Shown here: positions 59,395-64,000 of the stretch, piece after piece | How the letters are laid out: the number at the start of each line of letters is the position of its first letter | How positions within the stretch are numbered: the stretch's first letter is position 1 | DNA from: a virus | DNA: 64,000 nt | Strand: one strand, 5' to 3' | Virus record (IMG/VR): IMGVR_UViG_3300037070_001066 | Location: 40,772 to 104,771 of that record | Position numbers and translations under genes: made by a program | The notes under the pieces: model-generated | What the model was told of the DNA's origin: nothing | What the model saw: the letters and a program-made list of their open reading frames with translations, nothing else | Database searches by the model: none

Positions 59395-60390
59395 TTACGG
59401 TGTTGGTGTTACAGGTACTGGAATTCTTCCATCAACTGCAGTAGCAATTTCTGCCAATATTAAGTCAGCAACTGTAGAAGAAATTCCATCAGGAGTTTCA
59501 GCAAAAATTGTCAATACTTTGTATTGTCTTTCAACACTAGTCTCTTTACGCGGCATGTAGTAAATGATATTGATAGTATCATAAAATGCAGCCTTGTCTG
59601 CGTAATAAGGAGTATCAAAGTTTGCAGGATAACCTACTTCTCTTGCAGGATCATACTTGTATCCTTTAACGAACCATTCGTAGTTAACTGCTTGTTTACC
59701 AGTTCCATTTCCAGGATTAGGTTGAACAGTAGTAGCTACTGTAAGTAATCCTAAGTTAACTGCAAGAGCAGTCAAACTATAAGCATTACTAAATGATTTC
59801 CCAAGCGCACTAAATTCAATTTGTTTTCCGATAATTTTACCAGGAACAACGTCTTGATATTTACCAGTAACAGTGAATTGTGCTGCACCTACTGTTGCTA
59901 CTACAAACTCAGAGTTTCCTCTTTTAATTAAATTTTGATTCAAAGATAGAACTAGTCCATCACGAATTGTAGTAGTAGTGTCTCCAGCTCCTGACACATA
60001 AAATCCTTGGATAACTGCAAAGTTTTCAGGAGACAATGATCCACCATCATTATATAAAACAATCTCTGCTTCATATGTAACTTCTGGTGTTGCTGTAACA
60101 ACTGTATAGGTTACTTGCTTTTGTACTTCAGCCACATAGTTATGTGCTGTAACTTTTTCTATATACTGTGAATAGATAGTATCTGAGAATTCAAAATTTA
60201 AATTCTTTACAGGATCACCTGCGGTTCCCTGATAAAATTTAATAGTAGAATTTGCAGTTACTGGAGATCCAGATGCAGAAAAGGCTTGAATATATCCAGG
60301 TAAGGCGTTAATTAAAAAGGCCTGTAAGTTTACGGCTCCAGCATATGTATCCCCAATTATAACTTCGCCAACTTGATTTGGTCCAAACAT
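59395..60390 (-). CDS. Auxiliary capsid-like structural protein
   Basis: 331 aa; MF..NQV N-terminus, G.GKQ..YEWF.KG motif and YDTINI.Y; synteny with crAss-like capsid modules; has its own terminator. Confidence 0.6.
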   Translation of the reverse strand: MFGPNQVGEVIIGDTYAGAVNLQAFLINALPGYIQAFSASGSPVTANSTIKFYQGTAGDPVKNLNFEFSDTIYSQYIEKVTAHNYVAEVQKQVTYTVVTATPEVTYEAEIVLYNDGGSLSPENFAVIQGFYVSGAGDTTTTIRDGLVLSLNQNLIKRGNSEFVVATVGAAQFTVTGKYQDVVPGKIIGKQIEFSALGKSFSNAYSLTALAVNLGLLTVATTVQPNPGNGTGKQAVNYEWFVKGYKYDPAREVGYPANFDTPYYADKAAFYDTINIIYYMPRKETSVERQYKVLTIFAETPDGISSTVADLILAEIATAVDGRIPVPVTPTP

Positions 60391-60418
60391 AATTTATTTT
60401 GTTTTAATTTTATTATTA

Positions 60419-61156
60419 TTACTCATTTCTTTGATCGAGTTGAATCTTTGATTCAAGGTTCGAAGGTTTATAATCTCTTAAGGCCAGTTCTACTGCCCTG
60501 TCTAAAATTTCTCTATGAATTTCTTCATTGAGTTCACATGGAGTTTCTGCAGTTATATTATCAATTGAAAGTCCTTCATCTGGGAATGCCGCTTCTAGAT
60601 CTGTTAAAACTATTGGCATTGGATACTTTATGTATCTGACCTTATACTCTACAATATTGTAAGGACTTATTAATTCAACAACTTTTTTGTTACTTAATTC
60701 AGAATAGTCCATTCTCCAAACATGTTCTTGATCAGGTCTTTTAAATGGGTTTTTAATATTCGTATTAAATTCATCATGTGTTTTAGGATATACATCAATG
60801 TATTTCCCATTCAAACAATCGTCAGTAGATACTTTTGCTAGCTCTTGCACAATTACAAATACATTATTTGGTATTCCGAAAAACTGTGATTCTGGTACTA
60901 TACCTAGTGTGCTGATAAGCTTATCAATAGATGCATAGGCAACCAATAACTCTCTTAGATCATTTCTTCTTTTTTCTGAATTTTCAAATCCGTCTCTATA
61001 TTTATTTCCTAAAGGATTATAATAGTTCTTTACTAACTCTAATTGCGCTTTAGTTAAGAATACACTAATCTCATAGTCATCTAGGCCTGGAGCACTATTA
61101 GTCGCAATCGCATTATAATGAATAAGAAACTCATTTTTTAACTCAGAATTTGTCAT
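60419..61156 (-). CDS. Tail ring / head-tail connector protein
   Basis: YEISVFLTKAQ, GFENSEKRR.DL, YIKYP.PI and CEL...HREI...AVELA. Confidence 0.7.
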   Translation of the reverse strand: MTNSELKNEFLIHYNAIATNSAPGLDDYEISVFLTKAQLELVKNYYNPLGNKYRDGFENSEKRRNDLRELLVAYASIDKLISTLGIVPESQFFGIPNNVFVIVQELAKVSTDDCLNGKYIDVYPKTHDEFNTNIKNPFKRPDQEHVWRMDYSELSNKKVVELISPYNIVEYKVRYIKYPMPIVLTDLEAAFPDEGLSIDNITAETPCELNEEIHREILDRAVELALRDYKPSNLESKIQLDQRNE

Positions 61157-61158
61157 AT

Positions 61159-62022
61159 TTATTTAGCGTTTAAAATTTTAGCTTCTATAAAGCCTCTAAC
61201 GTCTTGATGCTTTGGATTATCTAAATAATTAATGGCATTATCAAATGTAGCAACTTGACTATTTTCACATAAATCTAATCCATCTTCAGTTTTGTATTTG
61301 TTACCATGTTTGATAATAATACCTTTCTCTTCAGCTGTATGTAGTAATAATTTAGTTTCAAATTTAGTGTCATTCAACAATGCAATAAATCCTGCTGGTT
61401 TAGTATCAATAAATTCTTCAACTTTAGTTTGTAACCATTTTAAAGGCGATTCTTTTGATATAGGTTTGTTTGTTAACAATTTCAATATACCAACAAGCTT
61501 TTCTCTATCATCCTCGATTTTACCATAAAGTTTAAAAGCATTTTTCTTATTGTCATAACCAACTTTCTTTTCAGTTATTTCTTCATCTGGTGTAGTTATT
61601 ACAAAACGATATGTTTGTTTGTCATTTCTCTCTGCCCATGATTGAGCAATATCATCTTTCAAGAACAACATAATCTTATAAGATATGTAATCCAGTGGAT
61701 TACCTAGATTAAATCTATTGTCATCTTTATATAAAGATACGAAATGTTCATTCCAGAACTCTCCATAAACAGACAAGTCTAACCCTGTTAACTCTTCGAT
61801 TGCGGCTTTCTCTTCTTTAGTAAGAACATTTGCAATTGAACCATTTCTTAACAGAGGTGCTTGATATTTATTTACAGCTCCTTCTAACATACCACCTGCA
61901 ATAACGTGATCATCATTCACGCTAGATGCCATTCCTTGTCGTCTTTTAATAAACTTAACTACAATCTCTTTTTGAGGTAATTCAAATTTATCTAAGACTT
62001 CTTCTTTTGCTTCTCTTCCCAT
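61159..62022 (-). CDS. Conserved crAss-like protein downstream of the major capsid gene
   Basis: 287 aa; FW...L.NPLDYI.YK motif; synteny. Confidence 0.6.
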   Translation of the reverse strand: MGREAKEEVLDKFELPQKEIVVKFIKRRQGMASSVNDDHVIAGGMLEGAVNKYQAPLLRNGSIANVLTKEEKAAIEELTGLDLSVYGEFWNEHFVSLYKDDNRFNLGNPLDYISYKIMLFLKDDIAQSWAERNDKQTYRFVITTPDEEITEKKVGYDNKKNAFKLYGKIEDDREKLVGILKLLTNKPISKESPLKWLQTKVEEFIDTKPAGFIALLNDTKFETKLLLHTAEEKGIIIKHGNKYKTEDGLDLCENSQVATFDNAINYLDNPKHQDVRGFIEAKILNAK

Positions 62023-62036
62023 TTTCTCCCTATTTA

Positions 62037-62060
62037 AGAAAAGGGGAATTGCTTCCCCTA
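62037..62060 (-). terminator. Terminator after the major capsid gene
   Basis: Minus strand AGGGGAA-GCAA-TTCCCCT-TTTCTT (GNRA tetraloop). Confidence 0.8.
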
Positions 62061-62072
62061 ATCAATTTATTA

Positions 62073-63575
62073 TTATCCTAAAATTGTTGGTTTCAATGTA
62101 AGAGTTCTTGATGGATCTTTTACCATTGCACCTGTACCACACATTGCTGTCATAGTAGCAGAATCTTCCATTAATTGCATAATTCCACCTCTACGTCCAG
62201 AGAATGGATCTCTAATACCCGCCATGTACCCACGTAACTCATCGTCACCACGTACTTTAATTTTCTGGATATTAGGTTCTTCCATTGAGCCGATATACAA
62301 GATGTCATATCTGTAAGATTCAGCTACACCTCCGTCTGGGTGAAGGATTTTATTACGAACTTTATCATCATACATTGGATCAACTTCCAACATTACGTGA
62401 ATGTTATTAGGAGCTCTCCATTCTACGAATTGGAACCCTGCAATAAATGCGTTATCGTTAAATTTAGAAGAAACTTTTCCGATTGCATTTTGATTTGTGT
62501 TATCGAACAATTCTTTCCAACCAGATGCTGCTTGTGTTGCTGCTCTATTGAATTGAGCTGCTCCACGTTCTCCAGTTCTCATCATGAACTTTCTTTCACT
62601 GAAATCTAACTTACCTTCTGACAACTCAGACAATACATCTTCTAAAAGACGAATTGTAAATTTGTTGTAAGAGATAGTGTTAGATACCTCCATTTGTTCA
62701 CGAATTCCAGAACCTGCTTTAATCTCGATATTAGAATTACCTTTGTTCAAGTAACGTCCTTTTTCATCACGGTTAGTTCTACCAAACATAATAGTACGTG
62801 ATTTAATTCTTGAGAATGCTTTTTCAAACTGCCAATATACTTCTTGCATCCAAGTAGTAGATTTGTGAACTTTTCCTGTATTAGGATCACGTGTCTCAAT
62901 ACCTGCAAAATATACAGGCTCTACTTTACAATCAATCATTGCTCCAGACACTTTATGTTCCATACGTAATGTAGAAACTGAGTTTCTCATTAAGTAAGGA
63001 GAAGTGAACTGGATTCCAGCACCTTGAATAGACAACTCGTCTTCAGCATAAGCAGACTCGATAGAGAATCTGTTACCTGGAGTGAACTCGTCAAATGGAA
63101 TACCTGCTAAGGATTCTTGACCACCCCACACTTCACAGGTATATGTATAACTAGTTCCGTTTTCATATGGCTCTTCTAAAATTCTTACCTGATAAGTGTC
63201 AGGTCTTGGACCTGCAATTACATGCATTTTAGTAAACCATTTTTCAGCGAAAGTCAATTGGAATTGAGTACGACCAGCACCTACATTCCCTGTTATAACA
63301 TTTACACCATCAACTTGTGCGTAGCCAGCGATAGGGATGTTTCTCTCATCACTACCAACTACTTTCCATACAAAATCATCTGCTGTATTTAATACTTTCT
63401 CAGGGAACAAAGACAAGGTTGTGTCAAGGTTTTTCATCCCTGAGTTTTGTAGCAATACAGTTGTCAATGGAGAAATCAATTGTGGTTGTGTACCAAAAAT
63501 TGCTCCAATGTGATTTTTTAATGTAAGGCCAGACCATGCCTTGCCTTTAATCATTACAAACTTGCCTAAACTCAT
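62073..63575 (-). CDS. Major capsid protein (crAss-like)
   Basis: 500 aa; W.GLT..NH.G N-terminus, GSGIREQ, TGERGA..F, AGFQF.E...PN and DPMYDD; strong downstream terminator. Confidence 0.88.
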   Translation of the reverse strand: MSLGKFVMIKGKAWSGLTLKNHIGAIFGTQPQLISPLTTVLLQNSGMKNLDTTLSLFPEKVLNTADDFVWKVVGSDERNIPIAGYAQVDGVNVITGNVGAGRTQFQLTFAEKWFTKMHVIAGPRPDTYQVRILEEPYENGTSYTYTCEVWGGQESLAGIPFDEFTPGNRFSIESAYAEDELSIQGAGIQFTSPYLMRNSVSTLRMEHKVSGAMIDCKVEPVYFAGIETRDPNTGKVHKSTTWMQEVYWQFEKAFSRIKSRTIMFGRTNRDEKGRYLNKGNSNIEIKAGSGIREQMEVSNTISYNKFTIRLLEDVLSELSEGKLDFSERKFMMRTGERGAAQFNRAATQAASGWKELFDNTNQNAIGKVSSKFNDNAFIAGFQFVEWRAPNNIHVMLEVDPMYDDKVRNKILHPDGGVAESYRYDILYIGSMEEPNIQKIKVRGDDELRGYMAGIRDPFSGRRGGIMQLMEDSATMTAMCGTGAMVKDPSRTLTLKPTILG

Positions 63576-63603
63576 TTAATTTTAATTTTAATTTATTATT
63601 TAT

Positions 63604-63999
63604 TTATAACACTAATTCAGAACCAAAAGTGCCTCCGTAAGTATTAGGATCTGTCATGAAGTCTGGTGTCTTACCATCTCCTTCGAAACTAGTTTTACGT
63701 AAAGCTTTCTCTAAGTTCTTCGTTGCCTTAGATGTAACATTAGCTTGAAACTTACCTAAATCAGTAAATCCATTAGTTAACTCATAAAAGTAATACATCT
63801 TGGTATCAAATTTAATTGGGTCTAATGAACGTTCTTTCATTAACTTGTTTTCAAGCTCACCTGTATTTGGGTTCTTACTTACAATTTCAGTCATACTTTT
63901 ATAAACAGCATTCTGCATTGCTTTTGTATTTGGAACACCTTTTACTATTTCTGGAGAGTCAAAAATATAACTCTTAATAGCCGTGTCAATTTGCTCTTG
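63604..63999 (-). CDS. Protein upstream of MCP (possible scaffold-like), 5' partial
   Basis: Frame stays open from the track ORF to the window edge (QEQIDTAIKSYIFDSPEIVKG...). Confidence 0.6.
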   Translation of the reverse strand, partial: QEQIDTAIKSYIFDSPEIVKGVPNTKAMQNAVYKSMTEIVSKNPNTGELENKLMKERSLDPIKFDTKMYYFYELTNGFTDLGKFQANVTSKATKNLEKALRKTSFEGDGKTPDFMTDPNTYGGTFGSELVL

Positions 64000-64000
64000 T

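Noticed and set aside
17457-63575. Many 60-125 aa plus-strand ORFs opposite the structural genes
   Set aside because: Leu/Ser/Phe-rich antisense shadows of Lys/Glu-rich coding sequence with no recognisable motifs.
1-64000. Stop-codon reassignment (TAG or TGA), known in some crAss-like phages
   Set aside because: Genes up to 9 kb are uninterrupted in the standard code, and TAG/TGA end genes at natural boundaries (e.g. 3643, 7625, 8326, 17457).
1-64000. tRNA, rRNA or CRISPR arrays
   Set aside because: Intergenic gaps are short and accounted for by promoters and terminators; no cloverleaf or repeat-spacer pattern seen.

Overview
AT-rich fragment of a crAss-like (Crassvirales-type) Bacteroidetes phage genome, read in the standard genetic code, with two convergent halves meeting at a bidirectional terminator near 17.4 kb. 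The plus strand (1-17.4 kb) starts with a phiEco32-like amide/peptide ligase cluster: gamma-glutamylcyclotransferase, ATP-grasp, two class I glutamine amidotransferases, COOH-NH2 ligase, class II amidotransferase and amidoligase. DNA and nucleotide metabolism genes follow: degenerate UDG, RusA-like resolvase, PD-(D/E)XK nuclease, class II RNR, degenerate SF2 helicase, MazG-like protein, phosphoesterase and ThyA. The minus strand (17.4-64 kb) is the virion module: major capsid protein, ring/hub/muzzle-like tail proteins, fibres, two free-standing GIY-YIG endonucleases and five large putative ejected cargo proteins, including a 3046-aa virion RNA polymerase fused to SLOG and SF1 helicase domains. 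The most striking observation is that the three giant cargo proteins contain only four cysteines in about 6,200 residues by manual reading. All four sit at the facing termini in gene order, which suggests a head-to-tail disulfide-linked ejection chain. All family assignments come from motif recognition by eye; no searches were run.
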